64,000 nucleotides of DNA, taken from Selaginella moellendorffii (lineage: Eukaryota > Plantae > Lycopodiophyta). This document shows, piece after piece, positions 10,861 through 22,937 of the stretch (positions within the stretch are counted from its first letter, which is position 1; each line of letters begins with the position of its first letter). The DNA lies in NCBI RefSeq assembly GCF_000143415.4, contig NW_003314272.1, positions 530,184-594,183 on the forward strand. Reading direction: 5' to 3'. Below the pieces are notes generated by a model. It was given only the letters and a program-made list of their open reading frames with translations. It was not told where the DNA came from and made no database searches. The position numbers were made by a program, and so were the translations under genes.

Positions 10861-13800
10861 ATGGTGCTTCATCCGGGTTTGAATTGTTCGTGCTTTCCTA
10901 CTACTTCATCGTCTTTCAGTGACTCAACTCAAGCTCCTGGCAGGTTCTCGCCGGCTCCGTCTTGTGTGTACGTGAATTCTCGTCCAGCAGTGAAGCAAGA
11001 CAACCATAGCTCGAGTAGCTCGAGATTGGAAGCTGGCTTGGAGAGATATCCTCCTCTACTGAGGCAATGCGGGGCAGCAAGAGATCTCTCGCAAGCCAGG
11101 CGGCTGCACGTAGAGATCATAGAGAACGGGCTAGACAGGGAGAGGTTTCTGGGAAATCTCTTGGTACAGGCTTATGGAAAGTGTGGAAGTCTCCAAGACG
11201 CTCGGACAGTCTTCGATGGCATGGTGGACAGGAATCTCTACTCGTGGACACTGCTGATAGGAGCCTATGCCCAGAATGGGTTTCACAGGGAAGCACTGGA
11301 CTTGTTCTGGGCGATGGACAGGCAGCCAGACAACGTTACGTTCTTGACAGTCCTGTGCTCTTGCTCGAGCTGCGGAGATGTTGTAGAAGGCCGAGCTCTT
11401 CACGAGAGGATACGATGCAGCAGATTTGAGCGAGACACGATGGTGGGAAACGCACTCATCAGCATGTATGGCAAGTGCGACAGCTTGGTCGACGCCAGAA
11501 GCGTTTTCGAGTCGATGGATTGGCGGCAGAGAAATGTGGTGTCGTGGAATGCAATGATCGCAGCGTATGCCCAGAACGGGCATAGCACTGAAGCTCTGGT
11601 TTTGTACTGGAGGATGAACTTACAGGGGCTGGGGACGGACCACGTTACGTTCGTCAGCGTTCTGGGTGCATGCTCTTCCTTGGCACAGGGCCGAGAGATT
11701 CACAACAGGGTGTTCTACTCAGGGCTGGATTCGTTTCAGTCGCTGGCCAATGCACTAGTGACGATGTACGCAAGGTTTGGGAGCGTTGGTGACGCGAAGA
11801 GGATGTTCCAGAGCTTACAGACGCGGGACGAGACATCGTGGAACGCAGTGATTCTAGCTCACTCTCAAAGCGGGGACTGGAGTGGTGCTCTTCGTATCTT
11901 CAAAGAGATGAAGTGTGACGTGAAGCCAAACTCCACCACTTACATCAACGTGATCTCTGGGTTCTCTACTCCAGAAGTGCTACCGGAAGGCAGGAAGATC
12001 CATGCTGAGATCGTCGCAAATGGTTTCGACACGGACTTGGTGGTGGCCACGGCACTTATCAACATGTATGGGAAGTGTGGAAGTTCGCATGAGGCGCGGG
12101 AAGTGTTTGACAAGATGAAGAAGCGAGACATGGTCTCGTGGAACGTGATGATCGGGTGTTACGTCCTGAACGGGGACTTTCATGAGGCACTTGAACTTTA
12201 TCAGAAGCTGGACATGGAAGGATTCAAGCGGACCAAAGCAACGTTCGTGAGCATTCTCGGCGCGTGCTCTAGCGTGAAAGCTCTAGCTCAAGGCAGGCTC
12301 GTTCATTCCCACATACTCGAGAGAGGCTTGGATTCGGAGGTTGCTGTGGCTACTGCTCTGGTAAACATGTACGCGAAGTGTGGGAGCCTGGAGGAGGCGA
12401 GGAAAGTTTTCAACGCCATGAAGAACAGGGACGCGGTTGCCTGGAGCACGCTGATAGGGGCATATGCAAGCAATGGATATGGGAAGGATGCTCGCAGTCT
12501 CTACGAGGGAATGGTCAGGGAGGAACTCAAGCCGGACAATGTCACCTTTATGAGCTTGCTTGGAGCGTGCTCGAGCTTCGAGGAGTGCTCCTGGGTGGAC
12601 TCGGAGATTGTGAAGAACGGGTTTGAGAAAGACGCCGTGGTTGGAACTACGCTGCTCAACACTTACGGGAAGCACGGGAAAGTCGAAGAGGCTAGGAAAG
12701 TATTCGACAGGCTGGGATCGCGCGACACCATCTCCTGGAACGCCATGATCACGACTTACGTCCAAAACGGCTGTGCGGTGGCGGCCATGAAGATCTTCAG
12801 GGAGATGACCGGCGCCGCTGGCTTGAAGCCCGACGCCGTGACTTTCATCGCCGTGTTGGAGGCCTGCGCGAGCCTGGGCCGCCTCTCGGAAGTCAAGGCC
12901 CTCCACGCGCAGATATCCGAGAGCGAGCTGGAATCCAACGTGGTGGTGACGAACACGCTGATCAACATGTACGCGCGCTGCGGGAGCCTGGAGGAGGCCG
13001 AGCGGCTGTTCGCGGCGGCCAAGGAGAAGACGGTGGTGTCCTGGACGGCGATGGTGGCGGCCTTCTCCCAATATGGCCGCTACGCGGAGGCGCTGGACCT
13101 CTTCCAGGAGATGGACCTCGAGGGAGTGAAGCCGGACGACGTGACTTACACGAGCATCCTGTTTGTGTGCACGCACGGCGGCAGCCTGGAGCAGGGGTGG
13201 CGCTACTTCACGGACATGGCGGAGCTCCACGCCCTGGCTCCAACGGCGGACCACTTCGCGGCGATGGTGGACCTGCTGGGACGATCCGGGCGGCTCTTCG
13301 ACGCAAAGGAGCTGCTGGAGAGCATGCCGTTTGAGCCGGACCCGGTGGCGTGGATGACGTTCCTGACGGCGTGCCGGATCCACGGGAAGCTGGAGCTGGG
13401 CGAAGCCGCGGCAGAGAGAGTCTACGAGCTGGATCCATCGAGCACTGCTCCTTACATCGCCATGTCCAACATCTACGCGGCTCACGGGATGTGGGAAAAG
13501 GTGGCGAGCGTGAGGAAGAAGATGGAGGAGAGGGGGCTCAAGAAGCTGCCGGGGCTGAGCTTCATCGAGGTGGACGGGAAGCTCCACGAGTTTAGCTCCG
13601 GCGGGAAGTACCATCCCAGGACGGACGAGATCTGCGAGGAGCTCACGCGGCTCCACGGGCTGATGCGCGCGGCGGGCTACGTCCCGGACACCAAGGCGGT
13701 GCTTCACGACGTGAGCGAGGGGGAGAAGGAGACGATGCTATTGTATCACAGCGAGAAGATGGCCATCGCGTTTGGGCTGGTGAGCTCGCGGGGGAGCGGC

Positions 13801-13958
13801 GAGCCCATCCGGGTGGTGAAGAACTTGCGGGTGTGCTCCGACTGCCACACCGCCACCAAGTTTATCGCCAGGATCGCGGGGCGGGATATCATCGTGCGGG
13901 ATTGCAATCGATTCCACCGGTTTAGCAGCGATGGGAAGTGCTCGTGTGGGGATTACTG

Positions 13959-13962
<4 letters not shown>
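10861..13962 (+). CDS. PLS-class pentatricopeptide repeat protein with E and DYW deaminase domains (organellar C-to-U editing factor)
   Basis: Repeated ALI.MY.KCG...A..VF..M...D.VSWN motifs; PG box PGLSFIE; HSEK...CSDCH; ends CSCGDYW. Confidence 0.97.

Positions 13963-14008
<46 letters not shown>
13961..14008. repeat. (AG)n microsatellite abutting the PPR stop codon
   Basis: ~24 perfect AG units. Confidence 0.95.
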
Positions 14009-14013
<5 letters not shown>

Positions 14014-14327
14014 CCCCGGTGGCGCGGGATCCCAGCAGCAGCGGCGCCGCCCGCCCCGCCGCCATGGTTTGGAAGATATAGTACTTAATGCTGGTCGTGC
14101 TCGTGTTGTGAATCTCCCGTGGTGGCGATCGTTACCACCACCACCACCAACAGTAACACAAGTGGTTCATCGTTTACAAAGGATTTTCTCTTTTTTTCTC
14201 AAAAACTTTGAATGAATTTACCATTGCTTGGACATGATTGAGCCTTTACATGGTCTACTTAGAGAAAAAGATAAAATGTTTTGCAAAAACTTTGAATGTA
14301 TACATTCACAGTCTCCACAAGCATTGT

Positions 14328-15329
14328 TTACATTGTAGCTATTGATGGGGCTGCGTTGTTGATTTTAATCCAAGCTGGCCTCAAATTTCCACTCGCAGTC
14401 GTCATTGTCGGGAGCACTCGCCTGGCTGTGTCCTCGGCCTTCTCTTGGAAATATGGCATCTTCAAGGCGTCTTGCGCCGAGATCCTCCTCGCTGGATCAA
14501 TCGCCAGCATCCTCTTGAGCAGCTCCACCGCATCGGGGTCTTTAATTCTGCTTCTCACGTCCTCGGCTTTCCACCGCGCCATCTTCTCCAAGATCCTCTC
14601 GCGTGCTCGCTCTCGGCACCAGTCTTGATAGCCCATGCCACAGCCATCGATGCCCAGCTTCTTGGCGAAATCAGCCACAAAATAGTCGAGCGAGTCCCAG
14701 TCCTCCTCGTCGGTCACGTCAAAGGGATTGCTACCCAGGAGCATCTCCGCGAATATACACCCGGCGCCCCACACGTCGATTGCGGTGCCAAAGCTGGTGG
14801 CACCCTTGAGAAGCTCCGGAGCGTTGAACGTTAGGGTGCCGACCTTGTTCGACCAGGGGCGTGTCCGCAGCCTCCTCGCGGCAGCGAAGTCCGCCAGCTT
14901 CACCACAAGCTTATTCTTCTCTCCATCCCTTTTGACGAGAACGTTGCTCGTCTTGACGTCTTGGTGAACGACTCTGTGCGCGTGAATCCACGCCAGGCCC
15001 TCGAGGATCTGGCGCATCACGGCCCTGATGTGGTGCTCCCCAAGCTTGCGCGACGAGATCACATCGCTCAAACTCCCGTCCATGAGCTCCATCACCATGA
15101 ACGTACCCTGGTTGTTGCAGGTCAACCCAAGGAGATTGACAACGTTGTCGTGCGCTACCTCTTCCAGGATCTCCGACTCGTTGATGATGGCATCGTAAAG
15201 ATACTCGTGCTCGTACATCTTCTTCATGGCTACTTTGTCTCCAGTCTCTCGGTGGAACCCAACCCTCACCTCTCCGTCGCCTCCAGCGCCTAGCAACCTC
15301 GCGTCACTCGCCCACACATAGTCTGCCAT
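14328..15329 (-). CDS. Intronless CMGC/CDK-like Ser/Thr protein kinase with atypical motifs
   Basis: GAGGDGEV, VAMKK, HQDVKTSN, DFA, TFNAPELL, IDVWGAGCIFAEM, DPARRISAQDALKMPYF. Confidence 0.88.
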   Translation of the reverse strand: MADYVWASDARLLGAGGDGEVRVGFHRETGDKVAMKKMYEHEYLYDAIINESEILEEVAHDNVVNLLGLTCNNQGTFMVMELMDGSLSDVISSRKLGEHHIRAVMRQILEGLAWIHAHRVVHQDVKTSNVLVKRDGEKNKLVVKLADFAAARRLRTRPWSNKVGTLTFNAPELLKGATSFGTAIDVWGAGCIFAEMLLGSNPFDVTDEEDWDSLDYFVADFAKKLGIDGCGMGYQDWCRERARERILEKMARWKAEDVRSRIKDPDAVELLKRMLAIDPARRISAQDALKMPYFQEKAEDTARRVLPTMTTASGNLRPAWIKINNAAPSIATM

Positions 15330-15796
15330 CGCTCGAAAAAATGAATGGTTAGGAAAACCTAAAGGATTTGTTTTGCAGAAAAAGGCACCTAGCTTCAAGA
15401 AAAAGATGGAGAAAAGGGAGTTTATTTTAATTACAAATGTAAAAAGAAAGGAAAAAAACTCTTTAAGTCTTGGACGCACACAGGCTGCGGGCAGCATATT
15501 CTCCTTGAGCTTCCTTGATCATGTCCAGTCCTACGTTGGGCGCGGTTGCAGAGGACCTGTCCGGGATCGTCAAGAGAGCACCACCACTACACACACACAC
15601 ACAAAAAAAAAGAAAAAAAGAAAGGATCAGAAAGCATAGAAAAAAAAAACGTGCCAAGCTTTTTTTGTTTACCAGAGTTTCCTGGGTTTTGGCTATTGAG
15701 GGCCGAGATGTAAAACGCACGCTTAGTCCCAACGTTGATCGTGAGATCGCCCGGGTGCAAAAGGTTGATGCGTGGTACTCCTGGAAAATCACAGCA

Positions 15797-15844
<48 letters not shown>

Positions 15845-15845
15845 A
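15797..15845. repeat. Compound (CT)n(CA)n microsatellite
   Basis: Direct inspection. Confidence 0.9.
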
Positions 15846-16264
15846 GAGGGAGAGATTTTAAGCTTGGTGATAAAAAGTCGTAGAAAAAAATGGCCAAACA
15901 GCTTAAAAGGTGCAAAGAGAAGAAAATTGCCAAAAGGTTTTTAGAATTTGACCATTTTTTTCTCTCACACATTTTGTATACTTTTACCCATCTTACCTTT
16001 TTCTTTAATATAAAAAAGGTGGTGACAGAGTTTTAAAAAAAAACATTGGAGTTCTAGAGGTGTGTGTGAAGCTAAAAAAAGGTGGTGAAAATCGTGCAAT
16101 GAGAAAAAAATCTGACTGGGGTAAAAATAATGTGGATTAAAAAAAGCTGGGTGTTTGGAGAGGGAGGGTTTTTTAGGGTTCTTGACGATGACGTGAGAGA
16201 GAGCGAGCGAACGGGCGATCGGCGATCGGCGCGGCGGCTGCGCGCGCGCGAGGCGAATCCATCC

Positions 16265-17770
16265 ATGTCATCAGGGGCGGAATCCAGCGAGCAGCATCAG
16301 CTCAGCAGCAGCAGCAGCGGCGGGAGCGGGAGCGGGAGCGGCGACAAGGCAAGTAAGAAGAAGATGAGCAGCGGTGGCGCCATGGCGGCGGAAATGGGGA
16401 TCCCCAGCGGCGCCCTGGAGCGCATCCTCGTCCGCCTGGACCGCGACGACGTAGCGCGCTCGTGCGCGGTGTGCCGCCGCTGGAACCGCGTCATCTGCTC
16501 GGAGGCGTTCCAGCGGGTCTACCGCAAGCAGCACGGCAAGCAGCCCATGACGTGGGAGTGGCTGGTGTCGATCAAGTCCGCCCAGCGCAAGAAAACTCCC
16601 GGAGGAGACGAAGAGCATGTTAATGCAGAGAAAGAAGATCATTGCCAGCAGCAGCCTCAAGACGATCGAAACGAGGTGGTGGTGGTGGCGGAAGAGGCGG
16701 ACAAGGAGGAGGACGAGCGGCGGCGCTTCCAGCTGGTGGCATGGAACCTCCAGTTGCGGCGGAGCTTCACGCTGCTGGACATCGCGTGCTGCCCGGCGGC
16801 GCCGCGCAGCCACCCGGACCTCTGCTGGCTCGAGTTCGCGGCTACCTCCGGCGGCGGTGCTGGTGGTAGCGAGCTCCTTGCCTGGGCCTGCCGCCACACC
16901 CCGACCTCCATCCGGGTGGCCGACCCCCTCCACCCGAGCTCTGTCCGGATCATCCCCGCCCCGCCAGCTTTCCCGGACCCCGTCGTCTACGAGTTTCGCC
17001 TTGGCCTCGCCCGCGACAGCCACCATCTTGTTGTTCCAGGCCAACCAAGCTCGCAGCAAGCCCGGCTTCTTCCCAGCTCGCCAAGCTCGGAGAGTCGTGG
17101 AGGAGGAGGAGGAGGATTCAAGCTGGCGCTTCTCCGGCTCGGCTTCCCCCACGCCGACTCCGCCACCGCTCACGCCTGGGCCGTGGCCAACGTCTACCAC
17201 TCCGCCACCCGCCAGTGGAGCTCCTTCAAAATCAAGCTCGACGGCGATCTCAAGCGCTGGGGCGCCTCGGTGGTGTGCAAAGGCCACCTCTACGTGCTCC
17301 TCCGCCCGCCCGGCCGCCACGGCCCCGGCGTCGGGCTCATCAGCCTCAACATGTCCGCCGCCGTGGATCCCTTCGGCTACCACGACGTCGTCCTCCCCGG
17401 CTTCGCTTACGAGTGGCACGACGTGATGGACCTGGTGGACCGCTCCGGCACGCTGCTGCTCGTCGTCTTTAGCTTTGCGAAGTCTTCCCTGTCCATCTTC
17501 CAGGCCGAGGACGCCGCCCCAAGTCGGATGTCCAGGACCGCCACCTCGCGCTGGCTGCCGCTCAGCACCATGCCGGGTGGCGCATGCGCGCAGTTTTGCA
17601 AGGAGCTGGAGACGCAGTGGAGCTACCGGTGCCGCGGCTCGAGCGAGTGCATCTTCTTCGCCAACACCCGCGGGGGCCCGGGATTCGTCTTCTGGATCAC
17701 GCGCAAGTCGTGGCACCGGATGCACTTCCCGGACGTCGACAGCCGGTACCTCTTTGCTCTTTCGGTCTAA
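16265..17770 (+). CDS. F-box protein with beta-rich C-terminal (FBA/kelch-like) region
   Basis: F-box IPSGALERILVRLDRDDVARSCAVCRRWNRVI; later VYHSATRQW and VVCKGHLYVL strands. Confidence 0.85.
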   Translation: MSSGAESSEQHQLSSSSSGGSGSGSGDKASKKKMSSGGAMAAEMGIPSGALERILVRLDRDDVARSCAVCRRWNRVICSEAFQRVYRKQHGKQPMTWEWLVSIKSAQRKKTPGGDEEHVNAEKEDHCQQQPQDDRNEVVVVAEEADKEEDERRRFQLVAWNLQLRRSFTLLDIACCPAAPRSHPDLCWLEFAATSGGGAGGSELLAWACRHTPTSIRVADPLHPSSVRIIPAPPAFPDPVVYEFRLGLARDSHHLVVPGQPSSQQARLLPSSPSSESRGGGGGGFKLALLRLGFPHADSATAHAWAVANVYHSATRQWSSFKIKLDGDLKRWGASVVCKGHLYVLLRPPGRHGPGVGLISLNMSAAVDPFGYHDVVLPGFAYEWHDVMDLVDRSGTLLLVVFSFAKSSLSIFQAEDAAPSRMSRTATSRWLPLSTMPGGACAQFCKELETQWSYRCRGSSECIFFANTRGGPGFVFWITRKSWHRMHFPDVDSRYLFALSV

Positions 17771-18195
17771 CGATTCGTCGTGGTTTTTTTTTCTTTGGTT
17801 CTCTTTTGTTTCGGTCGTCTCGTTTTCCGGTTCTGCTTTCGTACCTTCCCAGTTTATATGGTTCTTGTGAATACTGTTCTCTTTTTTGTTGGTCTAGCTC
17901 CTCGAAGTGGTGGCCTCGAAAAGTTGTTTACATCTTTTCTCCCCCGAGTTTTGAGAGCTATGAACTGTAAGCAGCAGCAGGAACTTAGTTTTTACTCTTA
18001 CGAAAAGAAGGAAGAGAGGCACCTGCTGAGAATGCTAGCCAGCTTGCGCAGAATCTATTGCTCCTCTGGCCTTCCTGTGATTCACAAAGCCGGGTTAATG
18101 CACAAAACGCTTCAACTAAATGAGAGAGTTATACCTGACTTGTCTCGATTGTGGAAAGAAAAATCCGCCTCACTGCTCGTACTGCTCGCGTGGTT

Positions 18196-19983
18196 TCACG
18201 TTCGTTGCGACGTGATTGCTCTTCCCCGAGCGTTAACGCTTCTCCCCCTCGCCGAAGTCCTCGTCTTGGACGGGAGTTTCTTGAGCAGCTCCTCCTGGGT
18301 GATCTTCATGTAGAAACCAGTCGTCATCCCGTGCTGCTTCACTACGTTCGAGAGGCAGTCGTGCTGGAGCTCATCCTTGTGCTTGTCTTTGAGCTGGATC
18401 TTCCCGTCTTTAAGGCTGAGGAACAAGGAAACTCTCTCCTTCTCCTTCTCGGACTTCGACGGAGCAATAGCAGTAGAAGCAGCCTGCTCTTGACATGCGA
18501 TCGTCTCTTCCAAGCTACAGTTCCATGCCTGCCTGATAAGCTGTGCCTCCTCGCTCAAAGACGTCAGGAGCTCCTGGAGAAGGTCCTTGTTTCGATCTTC
18601 AAACAGAGCGCGGTATGGACTGAGAGACTTCGCCGAGTGCTTCACCTCCTCCCAGATGGTCTTCTGAGTTTCAGCAATGCTGCTAGCCGCGGCTCGCTCT
18701 TCTGCCGACGACTCCGGAGGAGGTTCTTCTCCTTCTTTCGAATCCTGCTCGTCACCCGAGGCTGAGTACTCCGACTGGCTGCAGCACGCTGCTTGATCCA
18801 ATGAAGACATCCGACGTAGGAGTTCTCTGAAGAGGAGATACTTTGTAACTTCGGCTGTCAGATCGGAGGATGGGCTCCGCGTTCTCCTTCTCCTTCTTGG
18901 GAGAGTCCCAGCGAGATCTGACGTACTGGAACTGGATACGTTCGTGGGATCGTCTTGGTTGTGCTGGGAGCTCCACGTCGATGTCTCAGGAACAACACTT
19001 CCACTGCTACTGGTGCATGCACTTTCTTCCAGCACCAACGGAGCTTTTGAGAGATCCACCGGATCGGTGGTACTGCTACCACCTTGTACTCCGACGTCAA
19101 CGTAGCTAGCACTAGCGTTGTCAAACTCTGTGCTGTCTTCCTGGAGCTTAGAATCCACACCGGTGCTGACAAAAACAAAATCGTCGTGCTGGAGTTGTGA
19201 CTTTGAGTCGCTGCTGCTGTGATCGGCAGCCACCATGAGGAGCCCGCAAGAGCAATCCGTGAGCACGTCATGGTCCTGGAAGAACTTGGAAGATTGATCC
19301 ACGGGTTGCTCGCGAATTTCCGCGGCATGGTCAGAGATTTGGATGTTCCGCCTGAAAGGCAACTGCAAGCTCTTGCTGATCTTCCACCTCCTCCACACCT
19401 GGACGCATTCGGCTGGAAGTAGCTTCGTCTTGAAATCCACAGTAGAAATCCCAGCCTTGAAAGAGATGAAGCTATAAGCCAGTGGAAGCTTTTTTCTTCC
19501 CTCAGAAGCCATCACTGCATTGTCTCCTCCTCCTCCTCCTCCTGGGAAGTGCTGACGACCGCAAGTGGAAGGATGGTGGCGTCCCAGGAAATTCTTCGCA
19601 ACGAGCTTGTCTTTGATCCTGGCAGGATTGCCGCAGTGCTTCTCCCACTGCCTCTGGATCCACTTCGTGTGCCTGTTGTCGATGAGCTTCTTCTTGAGAA
19701 GGCTCTTGCAATCGCAGAGGCTAATCTTCCTCTGCGATCGAATGCTGTGGCTCTTTCTGACGGTCTCTTCCTGCTGCTTGCCTCCACCGCAATCCTTGGC
19801 ACCTTTCTTGCTGCTAGCACCCCAATCGCAGCACAGATCGTCCGTGTCCAGCGCCACGTCGAACGACACCTTCTTCACGGCACCATCGTCGGCGAGGATC
19901 TGGTGGTAATCGATGAAGCTGTGCTGCTCATCGCTCGCCGTGGAGAAGAAGCAATCCAGTTCTTGCGCCGTCACAGGCCACAT
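18196..19983 (-). CDS. Hypothetical Ser/Glu-rich protein; start (first ATG 19983) and 3' end uncertain
   Basis: ~600-codon open frame; no family recognised. Confidence 0.6.
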   Translation of the reverse strand: MWPVTAQELDCFFSTASDEQHSFIDYHQILADDGAVKKVSFDVALDTDDLCCDWGASSKKGAKDCGGGKQQEETVRKSHSIRSQRKISLCDCKSLLKKKLIDNRHTKWIQRQWEKHCGNPARIKDKLVAKNFLGRHHPSTCGRQHFPGGGGGGDNAVMASEGRKKLPLAYSFISFKAGISTVDFKTKLLPAECVQVWRRWKISKSLQLPFRRNIQISDHAAEIREQPVDQSSKFFQDHDVLTDCSCGLLMVAADHSSSDSKSQLQHDDFVFVSTGVDSKLQEDSTEFDNASASYVDVGVQGGSSTTDPVDLSKAPLVLEESACTSSSGSVVPETSTWSSQHNQDDPTNVSSSSTSDLAGTLPRRRRRTRSPSSDLTAEVTKYLLFRELLRRMSSLDQAACCSQSEYSASGDEQDSKEGEEPPPESSAEERAAASSIAETQKTIWEEVKHSAKSLSPYRALFEDRNKDLLQELLTSLSEEAQLIRQAWNCSLEETIACQEQAASTAIAPSKSEKEKERVSLFLSLKDGKIQLKDKHKDELQHDCLSNVVKQHGMTTGFYMKITQEELLKKLPSKTRTSARGRSVNARGRAITSQRT

Positions 19984-22937
19984 TGATTCAATCACTCGAT
20001 CGCCCTGCCGCCGAATGCTGGCGAGAATCACAGATACCTTCTCGCGCAAACCCTCGCGCTTGCGTCGCGCGCTGCTGGAGGGGCGGAAGAATGCCGCGCT
20101 TCTTAAATCGCGCCCCTACCCCATTAACGGTCCTTGACCTATCTCGCCATCCAACGGCCCATCTCCTGGTTTAGCTGCCCTAATTTTAAAACTTAAGTGG
20201 GCGGGAGCTCTAAAAGCGGGAGAGATGCCGGCGTCGCTTTCGCGCGCGTGGGCGACGCGCGGCCTACCGCCGGCAACGAGAACTGTTTTTCTGGTGCTCA
20301 CGAGAACACTGTGGACGTCAAGTAGCCAACACTGTGCTTGCGAGCGATCGCGCGGTCAGTGAGTGTGAGGTTTTCTCTGAGCACTGCGCTGCAAATTGGT
20401 GTATCGATCTCGAATTCCAGTCTCTCTTGGCGCGTAATGGCAGCAACCAGCAGCAGCGATGGAATCGACCAGTGCGTGAGCATCTCCACAAGCATGAATT
20501 CTTGCAAGTGGGAGAGCAAGAGCAATTTATAGATCGATCGAGGCTTGTCTAGCTAGACATCGAAATGGACTGAAGAACCACATAAGAAAAGGAGAAAAAA
20601 CACTCTCCTGGCACTCCCCTGTCCTGTCCCTCCCTTGTCGACTATTACAATACTCTTTAATCGAGCTGGGCTGTGCCGTGTACTCGAATTCGCGACTTCT
20701 CCCTCTGTTCTTAAAAGTTTTTCCCCAGAGTGAATTTCTCTTGACGTGGGTGGCGCCCAAAACGCTCTACGTCGACTTGGGTCGTCACGATTTGGCATCA
20801 CCAATGGTGGGTCGAGCTCGAATTTATCATCTCAATCCGCGCTTGATCGCAATTTGGGCATCCTGGTCGCTTTTTCTCGTGCTTTCTTCGTGGACCCGGG
20901 CCCAAGAACTTTAACCCGTGTCAGGGAGGGCGAGTGTGTGTGAGTGAAGTGATTGCGATTTGCCCTTTGTTCGCTCGCGCGCCTGGCATTGCACATGGAG
21001 GAGCATCACAGCCGGTATAGATAGACAGCGGCGCAGCGCACCACTTCCAGCCAACAAGAGCAGCCAAATTTGTTGGGATCAAGCGCTCCCAAGCTTGATT
21101 GATTGCTGGAATGATCATCGATCGAATCCAGAGATTATTCCAACCCCTCCAATATTCTATTTCCTCTGTTAGAAGATAGCTTTGCAATGCCTTTTGCCGC
21201 TGGATAGCACTCCAATCCATGCGTTGCAAGCCAGTCCAAGCCAGGCCAGCAGCACTTGCGCTCATGATTTTACCTTCTTTTCTTTCGCTCGCCACCTTTT
21301 TTTCGTAGCTCGTACTGAAAGAATCAATCAAAGGTATCTAGATATGTATGCGTTGATTTTTCCGTGGGAGTTAGTTTAGCCTAATGGAGGATCAGGGTCA
21401 TGGCCACGATCATCTCCAAAATCTCGATCGTGGGATATCTGACCAGATCTTACGTTCCTTTCATTCCGTTTGATATGATCATCACCAAACACGGAGCAAT
21501 TACAGGAATCTCCTGAAATTGATCGATGGATTTGCGCGTGTGACGCGAGCGGGACGAGATCAATCGGGAAATACCTTAACTTTTTCGCTTTCACGATAGA
21601 CGACCGTTCGTTGCCGACAGTGCGAGAGCGCGTAAGTGCCCAGTGTTGAAATTTGCGAGTAGAATGTGTCTTTCATCCAGATTTTGACGAAAACAACACC
21701 CATGGGTCCCTTGTTGAGAAATTGCTTGACGAGCTTGACGATGACACGAATCCAAAAGGTGGCGGTGGTGTGGATCCGAGCAAGATTAACGATTCCAATG
21801 TTATAAACCTCTGGGAATCTAGAGATGTGTCCTCCTCGATCGCAGCGATGGATTCATCGATCTGGCTGGCTGGACCAGCAAGCACAGGGAGAGCTAACGC
21901 AACACGCACCCACATTCCCTGGACATGATATCTATACACCCACAGACAATTGTCTCTGGGTTTGATCCATAGTTTTCCACCCAGACTTTCAACTATGGTA
22001 AGAACCCTAACTTAGTTCCCGCCATCCACATGGAAAGCCTCGTTGGAATTTAGGTCTGGAGGACCATGGAGTTCTTAAGTTGGGACCCCACACAACATTA
22101 TAACGCTTGTGGTCTTGGGTCTACTCCCACGCTACTGTTTGATCGATCCTTCCATCCTCTCTCCCATAACGATAAAATAATATCGCATTGGAATCAATCG
22201 CTCGATCGATCAGCCAGTGGCCATGGTCGTCGGGTCGCGACGTGGTCCCAAAATTCAAATCAATAGCTTTTTCTTCTTTCATTCCTGACGATCAGTGTAG
22301 AACTCTACACTTGACAAGAGAGAAGCTTCTAAGAGCCCTAAATTTTAAACTGGTTTTATTAGTGCTTTAAATTTGAAAATGGGCGCGATAATCCAAACCC
22401 AAACCGGGTCAAGAAGGCGTGCCGTCGGTACACAGGCAGTGGCGGCCCAGCAGCCAACCGCGTCGTGCCATCTCTGCCGCTGGGCAATGATAGTGGGCCA
22501 CGTGGGGCCGCCCCATTAGTTCCAGCTTACGCCCTTCATGTGGCTCCAAAAACCCTCCGGAGTTTCCATCTTGAGAGAAGCGATAGAGCGCCGCAACAGA
22601 GTAACAGAAGCGGCAGAGGGATTGTTGGCCACGCAAGGGATTCTTGTTTGATCAGGGCGCGCGAGCGAGCTAGGGTATAGCGATTCGTGCCGCCGTCATC
22701 GATTTCCTGGTTCCGGAGCAGCGCAGTTGCATCGGATTCGCCTTTTCTTGCTTGGCCTGATCAAGCGCTTCCTTTTCCTCTTATCTTTCTTGGATTCCTG
22801 GATCTCCGTGAGCTCAGGAGCACGGATTTCCTTGGATTCTACTGCGTTCCTGGCTGGCATTTGCGATATTTCGGCTCTGTGGTGAAATTCTAGCGGTTCT
22901 GTGGGAGATTTTGTGGAGCATCGGTCGATCGAGAGCT

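Noticed and set aside
12283-13707. 474-aa antisense ORF over the PPR gene; similar ones at 16271-17725 and 31138-32337
   Set aside because: Shadow ORFs from high GC3 codon usage on the sense gene.
10861-13962. PPR-DYW gene as a novel system
   Set aside because: Canonical member of a very large, well-known editing-factor family.
20300-22800. Short ORFs between the orphan gene and the glycosylase (e.g. 21653-21928, 20921-21331)
   Set aside because: No recognisable motifs, and I could not build a consistent exon chain.
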